Translations under genes and position numbers: made by a program
The notes under the pieces: generated by a model
The model's database searches: none
What the model was told of the DNA's origin: nothing
Seen by the model: only the letters and a program-made list of their open reading frames with translations
Virus record (IMG/VR): IMGVR_UViG_3300042935_001404
Source of the DNA: a virus
Lineage: Duplodnaviria > Caudoviricetes
Length of the DNA: 64,000 bases
Reading direction: 5' to 3' (one strand)
Shown here: piece after piece, positions 38,413 through 48,569 of the stretch
Position numbering within the stretch: the first letter of the stretch is position 1
Layout: every line of letters begins with the position of its first letter

Positions 38413-39573
38413 ATGCAAACCACAGAACAACTTATTGCTCAGGGCAATACCTACAGAGAACAACACCTACCAGAACAGGCCCTGCAACAGTACGCTGTAG
38501 CGATGGCCACGGACAGAGGCTCATCGGGTGCGTTCAACAACTACGGCAATGTGCTGAGAGAGATAGGCGATCCTGTGGGCGCTGTTCCGTTTTTACAACG
38601 TGCCATACAGTTGGATCCGGCCAATGTCACACACCATTTTAATTTGTCAGTGGCCTACTTGCTGGGTGGAGACTATGTGCGTGGATGGCCTGCATATGAA
38701 GCACGACACAATTTTGAACATTTGAAAGGTACCATTCCCAACTATCCGTGGCCTGTGTGGAACGGTGAAGATTTAACAGGTAAAACAATTTTTATTCGTG
38801 GCGAACAAGGCCACGGCGATATTATTCAGTTTGTGCGGTTCATACAGAACTTAAAAAACATTGGTGGCACAGTCACAGTGCAAGTGACCAACGGATTAAT
38901 TCCGTTGATACAATCCAGTGAAATTGGCCGCGGAGTGCGAGTAATTGGTTATGCCGAAAATCCGGGTGATGCGTTTGATTACTGGCTTCCCATAATGAGC
39001 CTGCCCGGCAAGTTAAACGTTCGTGTTGACAACTTGCCCACTGTGATTCAATACTTAAATCCTGATCCTGCATTGGTTGCGGACTGGCGCAGGAACCTGG
39101 GAGTAAAAAATCGGCTACGAGTGGGCTTTGCCTGGTCAGGACGACGCGACAGCTGGATCAATCAACACAAGGCCATGCCGTTTGAGACCATGCTGGGATT
39201 GATTCGATCACATGCAGATTACGAATGGTATAATTTACAAACTGACTGTACTGCTGAGGAAGAAAAAGAACTAGAGTCAGTGGGAGTACGCTGTTTTCCA
39301 GGTGGTGTGAACTCGTTTGCTGACACTGCCGCATTGGTTGCAAACCTTGATGTGGTGGTGAGTGTGGACACTGCCACTGCACATCTTGCTGCCGCATTGG
39401 GCAAACCCACTTGGATCATGTTAAACAACTATGCACCTTGCTGGCGCTGGTTGCTGAACAGAGACGACACGCCTTGGTATGCCACTGCAAGATTGTTCCG
39501 TCAACCTCAAATGGGTGACTGGGCCACGGTGGTTGAACGAATCAAGTTACACTTGAAATTGTTTAAGATTTAA
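38413..39573 (+). CDS. TPR-repeat glycosyltransferase (GT9-like, GT-B fold)
   Basis: N-terminal TPRs (AFNNYGNVL, HHFNLSVAYL); RGEQGHGDIIQFVRF, RVGFAWSG, FADTAALVANLDVVVSVDTATAHLAAALG and WYATARLFRQ. Confidence 0.85.
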   Translation: MQTTEQLIAQGNTYREQHLPEQALQQYAVAMATDRGSSGAFNNYGNVLREIGDPVGAVPFLQRAIQLDPANVTHHFNLSVAYLLGGDYVRGWPAYEARHNFEHLKGTIPNYPWPVWNGEDLTGKTIFIRGEQGHGDIIQFVRFIQNLKNIGGTVTVQVTNGLIPLIQSSEIGRGVRVIGYAENPGDAFDYWLPIMSLPGKLNVRVDNLPTVIQYLNPDPALVADWRRNLGVKNRLRVGFAWSGRRDSWINQHKAMPFETMLGLIRSHADYEWYNLQTDCTAEEEKELESVGVRCFPGGVNSFADTAALVANLDVVVSVDTATAHLAAALGKPTWIMLNNYAPCWRWLLNRDDTPWYATARLFRQPQMGDWATVVERIKLHLKLFKI

Positions 39574-39697
39574 CAGGTTGCATTTGCACAGGCACAACAG
39601 GAGACGCAGGCCTGGGTTGTGGTAATCCCAAGGTTGTTCCTACTGGACTTGCATGCTTCTCAGGAAATAGGCCTGAATATTTTATTTGGTTGATCAT
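39563..39697 (-). CDS. 44-aa proline-rich micropeptide (below the ORF-track cutoff)
   Basis: MINQIKYSGLFPEKHASPVGTTLGLPQPRPASPVVPVQMQPVKS; canonical TATAAATA at 39703-39710, 5 nt upstream. Confidence 0.55.
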   Translation of the reverse strand: MINQIKYSGLFPEKHASPVGTTLGLPQPRPASPVVPVQMQPVKS

Positions 39698-39716
39698 ACC
39701 AATATTTATACCCAAT

Positions 39717-39744
39717 AAAAAAGCACTCCGAAGAGTGCTTTTTT
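39717..39744. terminator. Intrinsic terminator after the major capsid gene
   Basis: aaaaaagcactc-(ttcg on the minus strand)-gagtgctttttt, with a UUCG loop. Confidence 0.9.
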
Positions 39745-39772
39745 CCTTCCCATCCCTGGGTGGATTCTCTGA

Positions 39773-40969
39773 TTAAGAGAAAGACAAGTTTTGAACAGCA
39801 ATCTCGCCAACATAGTCAGCGGCGTTACCGAAAGAACTTGCAGTGTTTGTCAACTCTACGAAGCCATAACGAGTCATAAATGACACGACTGGTTCGAATG
39901 TTGATGGGTCAAGAACCACACCACTACTCATTAACGGAATATAAGGGCAATAGAATGCGGCAGCATCTGCCTCACTAGTACCTTTGTAGCCAACCAATAC
40001 GTTAGCAGTGTCGCTAGCATAGGAGTTAACAAATACACGCATAGCACCGTTCAATGTACCAACAAACTTGGTGTTTGTAGGTGCTTCGAATGTGCCTTCT
40101 GTTGTGCGAGCAAACGCTGAAGTAGTTGCACTTTGCAACACTGTCAATGCGGCTGGCGAAACAACAGCCCAGTTACCTGCGCCACGACGTGTACGTTGGG
40201 CGATCAAGTTAGCTGTACGGTTGATCAACACTGCCAAAGCAGCGTGTTCGTCACCCACAAACGTAGCAGTACCGGAAACGGTAGCTTGGTTGTATGTGTA
40301 CTCAACAGCAGCCAATGTGCTCAAACTCAAGAGAATCTCTTGGTCAATCTCAGCAGTGATCTCTTGTGCAAGAGCTGCCATGATTTCTGCTTCAACGTCA
40401 ATACCGTGCATGGCTTGTGCGTCTTGTGCAGATTCAAATGTCCAACGTGCTTGCAACTTACGTGTCTTGGCTTCAACTGCTTGCTTCAAGATTTGAACGG
40501 AAATTTGCTTACCGCCGTTACCTTCAAGCGTTGCTGTGTTAGCGCCTGTGTAAGTTGATGTTGATGTTGTATCTTTGCCAACTGTAGAGTATGCAGTGGC
40601 AATAGTGAATGGACTCAATGCTTCTTGACCAGCTGTAACACTAGTAGCGGCTGCTGAGTTGTCAGTCAAGTTACCAGCGTAACGCACACGTAGAGTGTGG
40701 ATCTGACCAACTGGACCTGTCATTGGCTGAACGCCTACCAACTCGTTAGCAATAACTGTTGGCATTACACGACGGATAACTGGTAGAATCACACGGTTTA
40801 ATGTAGCGATGTTGCCAGATGCTGTGGAACCAGCACTTGCGTTTTCTTTCAAGTACTTACGTGTATTCTCAAGAATAACGTTCATACTAGTGCGCTTAGA
40901 ACCGTTTAGACCTTCGAGCAATGCTTCCTTGGTCTCGTCCCAGCGACCTTCTAATAATTGTTGTGACAT
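39773..40969 (-). CDS. Major capsid protein (T4 gp23-like)
   Basis: VGVQPMTGPVGQIHTLRVRY, VEAKTRKLQARWT, AQDAQAMHGIDVE and FYCPYIPL...FMTRYG. Confidence 0.97.
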   Translation of the reverse strand: MSQQLLEGRWDETKEALLEGLNGSKRTSMNVILENTRKYLKENASAGSTASGNIATLNRVILPVIRRVMPTVIANELVGVQPMTGPVGQIHTLRVRYAGNLTDNSAAATSVTAGQEALSPFTIATAYSTVGKDTTSTSTYTGANTATLEGNGGKQISVQILKQAVEAKTRKLQARWTFESAQDAQAMHGIDVEAEIMAALAQEITAEIDQEILLSLSTLAAVEYTYNQATVSGTATFVGDEHAALAVLINRTANLIAQRTRRGAGNWAVVSPAALTVLQSATTSAFARTTEGTFEAPTNTKFVGTLNGAMRVFVNSYASDTANVLVGYKGTSEADAAAFYCPYIPLMSSGVVLDPSTFEPVVSFMTRYGFVELTNTASSFGNAADYVGEIAVQNLSFS

Positions 40970-40987
40970 TTAATGTCTCCTTTTAAA

Positions 40988-42088
40988 TTAATTTAACCCT
41001 GCCAAACGCTTGATGTCGATAACATTGCTAGATTCAGCACTGTCGTCTTCAATTTGGCTACGGGCAGATTTATCGCCGGTGACTGCTGACACGGATTCTG
41101 TAATCACTTTAGAGGCTTTTACAGAGCGGTCGGTTAGAACAGCCGGTAGATACTTTTCAAATGCGTTTTTCAAACGTGGAGTTTGGACGCTTTCGAGTAA
41201 ATTACGCATGACATCTTGCTTCTCTTTGTTAAGAGGAGCCAGCAAATCGGCCAATGTGCTTTCACGCTCATTAGACTCTTTGATCATTCGTATTTCACGC
41301 TCTTTTGACTCATTAAGAACTTTTGCATTCCTAATAAGTTTGATGGCTTCTGCCAATTTTGCATCTTTGTTTGCAATGGTATCGTGTAATTTACGTACTT
41401 CTGCCTTCTCATTGAGATGAGTAGCACCAAATTCACTTGCATATGCTTCAAAGATACGACGACCAAAATTGTTCTCGCGAGCAACTTTAATGTCTTCTTG
41501 TAATTGACTGAGTTCAGCCTTTAGATGACGGCTAACAGATTGGCTCATTTTCTGTGCAGATTCTGTTACGAAACGTGCTTTCAATGCTTCCAATTGGCCA
41601 CGTGCTTCACGTACTAGACGAACTTTTGTTTCTACAACATCACGTTTGTCAGTTGCGAATTCTTGAATTTCGCGAGCCAATGCATGAACAATAAAGCCTT
41701 CCAATTTCTGGAGTCCTTCATTGTGCTGCTTACGATCTTTACGCAGTTCGCTAATTTCTTCAGCAAGTTTAGTAACCATAAAGTTGTTGAACTTTGTAGC
41801 ACTTTCATTCATCTTGCCTTGGAACTTAACGCGATCTTCTACCAATTGTGCTTTTTCGGCAGCAACGGCTTGAATTTGCGTAGTGAGACCTTCTGTTACC
41901 ATACGATCTAGGGCTTCCACCATCACTGTTTTGTCATGTTCATAACGTTGTGCAAACTCTTCGCGGAGTTCTGCACGAGCCTGTTCACGAGCTTCAACCA
42001 GCTTGGCTTCCCAAGCTTCGTTGATCTCCTGGCGAGTTTCCTCGGTGATCAAGTCGCTATCTAGTAACGGTTTAATAGCATCTAACAT
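40988..42088 (-). CDS. Prohead core scaffold protein (T4 gp22-like)
   Basis: Coiled-coil, E/K-rich; lies between the protease and MCP genes. Confidence 0.75.
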   Translation of the reverse strand: MLDAIKPLLDSDLITEETRQEINEAWEAKLVEAREQARAELREEFAQRYEHDKTVMVEALDRMVTEGLTTQIQAVAAEKAQLVEDRVKFQGKMNESATKFNNFMVTKLAEEISELRKDRKQHNEGLQKLEGFIVHALAREIQEFATDKRDVVETKVRLVREARGQLEALKARFVTESAQKMSQSVSRHLKAELSQLQEDIKVARENNFGRRIFEAYASEFGATHLNEKAEVRKLHDTIANKDAKLAEAIKLIRNAKVLNESKEREIRMIKESNERESTLADLLAPLNKEKQDVMRNLLESVQTPRLKNAFEKYLPAVLTDRSVKASKVITESVSAVTGDKSARSQIEDDSAESSNVIDIKRLAGLN

Positions 42089-42090
42089 GC

Positions 42091-42738
42091 TTATTCCTCC
42101 CTAATTTTAAGATCTTTGATCAGTTTTACTACTTCACTTTTCAAATATCTTTGTACCTTGTTGTCCGCGCCGGCTTCGCGTGCCACTTCCAATAATCTAT
42201 GACCGTACTTCATGTTCATGAGGCCTTCATAGATTGCTGTGGGATATGCATTTGGAGCACTGGGTTGTGCAACTACATCTACAGTGACGATTTCAAAATC
42301 ACTGACATGTCCTGTTCTGTCGTCGACGTTTCCTGACCCACGACTTGAAACACCTAATCTAACACCGCTGTCCAACATGGTTTTAACCAGTTGACCCATT
42401 GGCGTTGGTAATATCTTCAATTTTCCATAACCTATTGCACCGTCGCACCACATTTTATCAATCATGTGACTCACACGGTCTAGGTTAATTTTAAGATCAT
42501 CTGGATGATCTACTTCTCCCAATACCGAATTGCCACTTTTAAGTTGTTCATTAATAGTGCCAACTGCTTTACGAATTTCGTGAGCAGGGTATATTCTTTC
42601 ATTAGCATTGCGTTTATCACCTTCAATGCAAATTCCTTGCATGTAAAGGGTTTTACCAGAACCATCCTGAGCATCCTCACTCAGCAGTTCGACCTGCGCT
42701 TGTGAGAATGTCAAGTGTTCTTGTAGGTAACGAGCCAT
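42091..42738 (-). CDS. Prohead protease (T4 gp21-like)
   Basis: NANERIYP, LGEVDHP, RVSHMI, LGVSSRGSG and DVVAQPSAPNAY. Confidence 0.95.
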   Translation of the reverse strand: MARYLQEHLTFSQAQVELLSEDAQDGSGKTLYMQGICIEGDKRNANERIYPAHEIRKAVGTINEQLKSGNSVLGEVDHPDDLKINLDRVSHMIDKMWCDGAIGYGKLKILPTPMGQLVKTMLDSGVRLGVSSRGSGNVDDRTGHVSDFEIVTVDVVAQPSAPNAYPTAIYEGLMNMKYGHRLLEVAREAGADNKVQRYLKSEVVKLIKDLKIREE

Positions 42739-42744
42739 AATCTC

Positions 42745-43521
42745 TTATACTGGAGATTTAGTGTTTACGCCTGCAGCCTGTGTTGTCACTGGCTTGGGTG
42801 CGGCACCTTGCTTGGGACTGGTTGTCATGCCCATATCTTTTACAGATGGAGCAGGACGACCTTGTGCAGTGTCACCAGTCATCTTAACTGGGGAACCTTG
42901 CATACCTTTGGCACCTGAGTTCTGTGGCACTACACTTTTGGTGTTGGCACCGTCGTCGCCCATTTTAGCAGGAGCTACTTTGGACAAACTTACAGCTTCC
43001 ATCATGCCCATTTCTGGCATAATTTCAGATGTGTCATCCATTTCAATAGCGTCGCCGCCAGCATCCATGTCAAATTCTTGTTCTTCTTCGCCACCTTCGC
43101 CGCCCATCATGGCTTCAAATTCAGCCATTAGTTCGTCCAGCTTGTCTTCTAGGTCAACCACGCGATCTTCAATATCGCCTTCACCTGCATCGTGGTCACC
43201 TTCCATGTCCTTTGTCAGATCATCGCCGTCTTTTTCTGCTTCGTCGTCAAACTCAGCATCCATGTCGTCTTCTTCGTTCATGCCTTTTTCTTCAGTTTCT
43301 ACGGAACGGATCAAACTGTCGGCAGCGTCGCCGTCGCCGTCGTTCATTTCCATTGGATCCATGCCTTCGTCAACTTCTTCAGTGGCTAGTTCTTCTTCTT
43401 CCATTAGACTTTCGTAGATTTCGCGTGATTTCTCAACAACGATATCATGAAAAAGTTCTTTAGCTTTTGCTTCTTCATCGTTAATTACGAATTCAATTAA
43501 CTGTTCAAATTTTGATGTCAT
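42745..43521 (-). CDS. Acidic prohead core protein (gp67/68-like position)
   Basis: Very D/E-rich; lies between the portal and protease genes. Confidence 0.55.
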   Translation of the reverse strand: MTSKFEQLIEFVINDEEAKAKELFHDIVVEKSREIYESLMEEEELATEEVDEGMDPMEMNDGDGDAADSLIRSVETEEKGMNEEDDMDAEFDDEAEKDGDDLTKDMEGDHDAGEGDIEDRVVDLEDKLDELMAEFEAMMGGEGGEEEQEFDMDAGGDAIEMDDTSEIMPEMGMMEAVSLSKVAPAKMGDDGANTKSVVPQNSGAKGMQGSPVKMTGDTAQGRPAPSVKDMGMTTSPKQGAAPKPVTTQAAGVNTKSPV

Positions 43522-43629
43522 ATTGTTTCCTCCAAAAGGTTATGGCTCATGTTTACTACTTACACAAAAGCAGTAAACTGAGCATATTTAGACGCCAAAA
43601 CTGGTAGTTTTGACTAATTTATGACAGGG

Positions 43630-43851
43630 TCAAAGGCCAGGAGGGGCGGCCGGGGGAGCATACTGCTTGCGAATATCTTTGAGTTTCTCTTTGTATTCAT
43701 AAGTTCGTACATCGTTCATCTGACGTAGCTTGCTCAATTGTCGTAGTGTCAAACGAGTTTTACGCAGTTGATTCTTTTGAGGCTGACTGTTGTCTTGAGC
43801 AACATCTTGGTAGCCTTCAGGTTCACGTTGGTAAAGTTCGTTTAGTATCAT
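43630..43851 (-). CDS. Small hypothetical protein downstream of the portal gene
   Basis: 73 aa; TAAATA 5 nt upstream. Confidence 0.65.
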   Translation of the reverse strand: MILNELYQREPEGYQDVAQDNSQPQKNQLRKTRLTLRQLSKLRQMNDVRTYEYKEKLKDIRKQYAPPAAPPGL

Positions 43852-43859
43852 ACAGGTAT

Positions 43860-45695
43860 TTATGATGTTGGCGGTGGTGGAACTGCTGTGGGTGCTGTTC
43901 CTGCACCTGCTGGTGCACCTGGCAAGGCACCTGCATCGGGTGCGCCTGCAGGTGGCATAGCAGCCAGTTCTTCACCAGTGTTGATATCTGCTTCCATACC
44001 TGCTGGAGTAATACCAATGCTACGTAGGTCTTGTCCTTGTGTAGTACTTAACTCAGGCTGATCACGTTCTTCACGCCAGAGTTTTTCGTTTTCCACAATC
44101 TCTTCTTGACTCAATCCCAAGTAACGTTCCATCAAGAAACGCTTGCTCATGTAGGGCAATTGCTCTAGTGCACCAAATGTGCTCACACGACTGGTGTCCA
44201 TTTCTGCTTGACGGTAACTGGCAAAGTTCTGTGGTGGACCTAGTACAATATCAAAAATGCTGTTGTCGATGTTAAAACCACGCCATTTCATGAACATCTT
44301 GAATTCATCATCAAGTTTTTGCATGATTAAACGCTGTAAACGTTCGCAATACTGGTTGAATCTGTACTCTTGTATCAGTGCTGTGCCTACTTTTCCGTCA
44401 TTCATTGCACGGTCCGAGTCGTCAGGACCGGTGGGCAAATAGCTTGATGGCACACGCAGGCCACGGGCCATTTTGTTGTTAAAGTACTTTAAATCGTCAA
44501 TTTCGCCCAGCCCTGTGCCGCCAGGTAAGGTGTCTACACTGCTGCCACGTCCGTCTGCTGTTTGTGGGAAAAAGTAATCTTCGTTGATGCTAAGTGGATT
44601 GTAAGACGCATCCATCAAGTTTGCACCACCACCATTCACAGTGGGAATTCTACGCTGGTGCATTTCGTTTTTAACACGTTCCACAAAGGCCATGGCCATG
44701 TGGCTGGGCATGTTGCCCACGTCAATTTTAAACACTCTACGTTCTGGAGCACGGCTCACACGATAGATCAGCACAGAGTCTTCCAGAAGTTCTTTTTGTT
44801 TGTAAACTTTGAAAATGTTTTCTAAGATACTTTGTCCAAATGGCCAGAAGTAATCCAAGCCTTCATTCAAACTCAAATGCACCACGTGCTTGGCATCAAT
44901 ACAGGTTTCATTCATGGCCTGGGCAAATCTACTGTTGCCCACAGTGCCGCCAGCACCACCACCTGATCCGCCATTGGGACTTGAGTAGTTGGTTTGTCCT
45001 GTACTACCTGTTGAACGACTCACATAGTAGTCGCTGGTGGTTTTTTGTGCAATACTTAGATTTTGAAAGTTGGGATTGATGTCACGGATAATGTACTGTT
45101 CTGGACGCTTGCCTTCTGATTCGTTCACAATCACACGACTGACTTTGACCATGTCAACCCAGTACATTTCAAATGTTTCTGGGTCACGCACAAACAACTG
45201 ATCGCCATACTTGATGGTGTTACGGAACAGTTTGAACATGCGCTGATCCAACTTGTTCAGTTTGGTCCATTGCTGTAACTGCTTTTTAATGATTTCTACT
45301 TCGTGATCAGTGGGAGTATCTTTGAATGTGATATCAAAGGGTGTGTTGTTATCTTCGTTGTTCTGTGTGCTGAATTCTGCAATGATGTCCAAACAGGCAT
45401 TGACTTCACTGTCAAGATCCATGTTTTCATACTGATTATAACGTTCAATACGATTGGGGTGTCCAGAATAAACTTCAGGCAGACGGCTGGCATAGTTACG
45501 AAATGCAAAATCATTGCCTGTTCCGGCGTTGCCAGTGTAGCCATTTTGGCGATCGTATCCCGGCAGACCAGCCTGATTACGCCCAGAGATAGGACTCAGT
45601 TGGCCATTGGCGTCACCTGCGGCCACTTTGAAATACTTGAGCCAGCCTCTTTTGCGACCTGGGCCAGATTCGCTACCAACTGTTGATTCAGCCAT
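43860..45695 (-). CDS. Portal protein (T4 gp20-like)
   Basis: LLEDSVLIYRVSRAPERRVFKIDVGN, EDYFFP...GRGSSVDTLPGG and YFNNKMARGLRVPSS. Confidence 0.95.
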   Translation of the reverse strand: MAESTVGSESGPGRKRGWLKYFKVAAGDANGQLSPISGRNQAGLPGYDRQNGYTGNAGTGNDFAFRNYASRLPEVYSGHPNRIERYNQYENMDLDSEVNACLDIIAEFSTQNNEDNNTPFDITFKDTPTDHEVEIIKKQLQQWTKLNKLDQRMFKLFRNTIKYGDQLFVRDPETFEMYWVDMVKVSRVIVNESEGKRPEQYIIRDINPNFQNLSIAQKTTSDYYVSRSTGSTGQTNYSSPNGGSGGGAGGTVGNSRFAQAMNETCIDAKHVVHLSLNEGLDYFWPFGQSILENIFKVYKQKELLEDSVLIYRVSRAPERRVFKIDVGNMPSHMAMAFVERVKNEMHQRRIPTVNGGGANLMDASYNPLSINEDYFFPQTADGRGSSVDTLPGGTGLGEIDDLKYFNNKMARGLRVPSSYLPTGPDDSDRAMNDGKVGTALIQEYRFNQYCERLQRLIMQKLDDEFKMFMKWRGFNIDNSIFDIVLGPPQNFASYRQAEMDTSRVSTFGALEQLPYMSKRFLMERYLGLSQEEIVENEKLWREERDQPELSTTQGQDLRSIGITPAGMEADINTGEELAAMPPAGAPDAGALPGAPAGAGTAPTAVPPPPTS

Positions 45696-46176
45696 TTAAT
45701 TGTTCCTTTAATCTGCGCTCAGCATTATTACGTTTTAGTGTTTCAGAAATTTTTGCAGCCCTAATAGGATCGTACGGACGACCAATATTAGCCTGTCTTA
45801 TTTTTTCAATCACTTCGGGAGGACGCGGTTTCATTAACTTGGCACGTTGTTCTGGTGTGCGAGTTTTACCACGATTACCTTCACTGATTTTACGACGGGT
45901 TTCTTCTGAATGTGTCCATCCTGTATGGCACGCCCATTGGTTAATTTTAATATTGTCCAATAGACCACCGTCTAACTTACGACCGTATTTTGTGATTAAC
46001 TCTTTTTCCAGTTGTTTTGCTTCTTCGTTTGTAAGGTTATCTTTAACAATAATCCTACGTTCTAGAGGTGGTAATGTTGTTTTGCTATGTTCTCGATGGA
46101 TGCGACGACCAGACCCTTTACCTATATAATAAGGTGTGCCTGACTCTGTTATGTACTGATATACGTAGAAATCCAT
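45688..46176 (-). CDS. Free-standing homing endonuclease (GIY-YIG-like with NUMOD3)
   Basis: FYVYQY...GTPYYIGKG; NUMOD3 HSEETRRKISEGNRGK; ATG at 46176, 7 nt after TAAATA. Confidence 0.75.
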   Translation of the reverse strand: MDFYVYQYITESGTPYYIGKGSGRRIHREHSKTTLPPLERRIIVKDNLTNEEAKQLEKELITKYGRKLDGGLLDNIKINQWACHTGWTHSEETRRKISEGNRGKTRTPEQRAKLMKPRPPEVIEKIRQANIGRPYDPIRAAKISETLKRNNAERRLKEQLNG

Positions 46177-46195
46177 AGTTTTATATTTACCGTGA

Positions 46196-48544
46196 TCACT
46201 GTGCATACTTCAATATTTGCTCTGACACACCCACTTGAGTTTGCATTATGCGTACCATTTGGTCCAGTCTATCCAGTTGTGCTGTCATCATACTCATTTG
46301 TTCTTCATTGCCAACCATTTGCACAGGTATTGTCTTGCCATCCGGCAATGGAACCACTGCTTCGGACTGCCCGGCTTCACCTGCTAGCACTGTTGATCCG
46401 CCGGGCAACGGAGGAACTATGCCACCGTTGGCAGCTTGAAAATGCACAGGATCTTGAGGTACTTTCTGCGTTAACCCGTATTTTGCAAGAGCAGACACAG
46501 CCGCTGGATCTTGATAATTTTGAATATCAACTGCTTCACCTCGTTCATGTAAACTTCGTCCCGGTTTACCAATAGGCATGCCGCTGGCAGTTCTACCAGT
46601 TCTACCAGCAGCCACTGATTCATCCCATATTCTTTGTTGGTCTGCAGGGTCTCGCTTGGCACTGTTGATCTGCAACATACCACCGGTTAATTTGTTATAC
46701 TCAGTTGCGGCAGAAATGACAGAATTTTTAAATGTTTCGTTTAGCCCTTCAAAATTTTGTTGGCTACCAGATTTAGCAGTAAATTTTAATATTTTTGTTA
46801 AGTCAACTTTTTCAGCCGCTGATGCAGAGCCAGATCCTTCAGGTGGTTGAGGACTAGGTTTTGCTGGAGTTGCTCCGCCTGCACTTCCACCTGCACTTGC
46901 CGCTGGCTTGGCTGCCGCTGGCTTGGCTGCCGCTGGCGCCCCGCCTGCACCCCCACCACCGCCCGAAGCAGCAGGTGCTTGTTTGCCACCACCGCCAAAG
47001 AGTCCGCTCAAGAAGCCGCCAACCCCACCACCACCGCTTCCACCACCTGCAGTAGGCGAAGCGCCTGGCCTTGCTGCGGCCTGCGCGGCGGCACCAGGTT
47101 CATCACGTTTTTTAGTTGTGACTCCTGCCGCATTAGCCAGTTTGGTCATGGCTTCAATGGTTGCATCAGTGGCGTTGGCAAGTCCTTTCATTCCAGTTGT
47201 CACAGGAGTTATACCAGCATTGATTAAATCTTGTAGTTTATCACGTGATGCACGATTGGCATCCTGCAGATCTGTCATGTTCTGTGTGGTCTTGTCTGTC
47301 ACCACTTGCGCTTTTTTAGCTGCCGCTTCACGTTCTTCAATGGTGCCAGTTTCCATCATGGCTTTAATTTTTTGCTGTTCTTGTATGCTCAAGAATGTGT
47401 CGTTGTTGGCACCTATTTTAGCAAGTTGTGTAGCTGAGCCGTTTAGATTTTTTGTTACGTCTGCCTGTGCGGCTGCCATGAATTCAGCCTGCGTAAACGT
47501 TTCTTTTCCTGCAACTGCAGCCGCGTTTGGCATGGTCAACAACAATTTCTGCGCTTCTGGAGTGTTCAAACTGCCTGACAAGATATTCAAGAAACCTTTG
47601 CGAGTTTCCGGAGCCATTTTGTCCAGCATAATCTGTGTGGATTCGGTCTGTTTGAGTTGTTCAGCAGCCGCTTTGTCGCCCATGGCAGCACGTTGTTCTA
47701 ACTCTAGTTTGTAGCCAGCATAGCGTTCTTCAGCCATTGCACTTTCGCGTGACTGTTCTTGTTCTTGTCTATTCTTACCGGTAATTTTTGCTAATAGATC
47801 TGTTTCTCTAATATAATTGGCAGCTGCCACCGCTTGTTCATCTGCGGACATTTTTTGTCGAGCACCCGACAGCATTTGTAGCTTTGTGTAACTAGCAATG
47901 CCTTTATTGACCTCATCAACACTGATACCCATGTCCCGGAACTGTCGCCCCATACCACTCTGTTGTATAGACGATGACACAGCAGCCATTTGGCCAAGAC
48001 CTTGACTCACCGTGCCACCAAAATTGGCCAGTGTTGTTGAATTTTCTTTAACAATGCTGACAAACTTATCAAGTTCGTCAGTGCCGTAGTTCATGCGTTT
48101 TAAATTATCATAAACGCCTTGCATGCCGTCGGCTGCTGTGGCACCCATTTCGGACATTTTTTGATAATTGCTGTATAGTAAATCTGCCTGTTTGTTTACA
48201 GCCTGTGTGTACTCGCTTGCACCTTTGACCAGTGTTTTAAGTGCACCACCCACATAAGGAATAAGTCCTAGTAGATCGCCTAATGCATCTGCTACTCCGC
48301 CAATGGATTTATTAAATACTGATGCACCAATTTCACCTTCAGCCAGTTGTTTAGTTAACCCCAGTGCAGAAGTTCCCAGTTGTCCAAGTCCTTTGCTCAG
48401 ACTAGCAGTAAATCCTTTGATACCAACGGACATGTCCATCAGGGCCATTTTGGTTTCAATAGAAACAGCGCCAAGGCGCTTTATCTCGTCCGCCGCTCGC
48501 GCTTCGATTTCTGCTTTTTCTTCAGGGGTGTACATACTTGCCAT
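46196..48544 (-). CDS. Tape-measure-like protein with C-terminal M15 (D,D-peptidase-type) domain
   Basis: Long Ala/Gln/Met-rich helical region; INSAKR...SLHERGEAVDI...DPVHFQ zinc-peptidase motifs. Confidence 0.7.
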   Translation of the reverse strand: MASMYTPEEKAEIEARAADEIKRLGAVSIETKMALMDMSVGIKGFTASLSKGLGQLGTSALGLTKQLAEGEIGASVFNKSIGGVADALGDLLGLIPYVGGALKTLVKGASEYTQAVNKQADLLYSNYQKMSEMGATAADGMQGVYDNLKRMNYGTDELDKFVSIVKENSTTLANFGGTVSQGLGQMAAVSSSIQQSGMGRQFRDMGISVDEVNKGIASYTKLQMLSGARQKMSADEQAVAAANYIRETDLLAKITGKNRQEQEQSRESAMAEERYAGYKLELEQRAAMGDKAAAEQLKQTESTQIMLDKMAPETRKGFLNILSGSLNTPEAQKLLLTMPNAAAVAGKETFTQAEFMAAAQADVTKNLNGSATQLAKIGANNDTFLSIQEQQKIKAMMETGTIEEREAAAKKAQVVTDKTTQNMTDLQDANRASRDKLQDLINAGITPVTTGMKGLANATDATIEAMTKLANAAGVTTKKRDEPGAAAQAAARPGASPTAGGGSGGGGVGGFLSGLFGGGGKQAPAASGGGGGAGGAPAAAKPAAAKPAASAGGSAGGATPAKPSPQPPEGSGSASAAEKVDLTKILKFTAKSGSQQNFEGLNETFKNSVISAATEYNKLTGGMLQINSAKRDPADQQRIWDESVAAGRTGRTASGMPIGKPGRSLHERGEAVDIQNYQDPAAVSALAKYGLTQKVPQDPVHFQAANGGIVPPLPGGSTVLAGEAGQSEAVVPLPDGKTIPVQMVGNEEQMSMMTAQLDRLDQMVRIMQTQVGVSEQILKYAQ
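46899..46937. repeat. 15-bp tandem repeat (PAAAK) in the GC-rich linker of the tape-measure gene
   Basis: gccgctggcttggct repeated 2.6 times. Confidence 0.75.
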
Positions 48545-48569
48545 AACTATATTTACCTAGGAAAAAATC

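Noticed and set aside
39885-39905. tRNA T-loop-like GGTTCGAAT
   Set aside because: It lies inside the major capsid coding sequence with no cloverleaf; no tRNA genes were recognised in the window.
42761-47714. Plus-strand ORFs opposite the acidic core protein and the tape measure (218 and 268 aa)
   Set aside because: These are antisense shadows of biased coding sequence.
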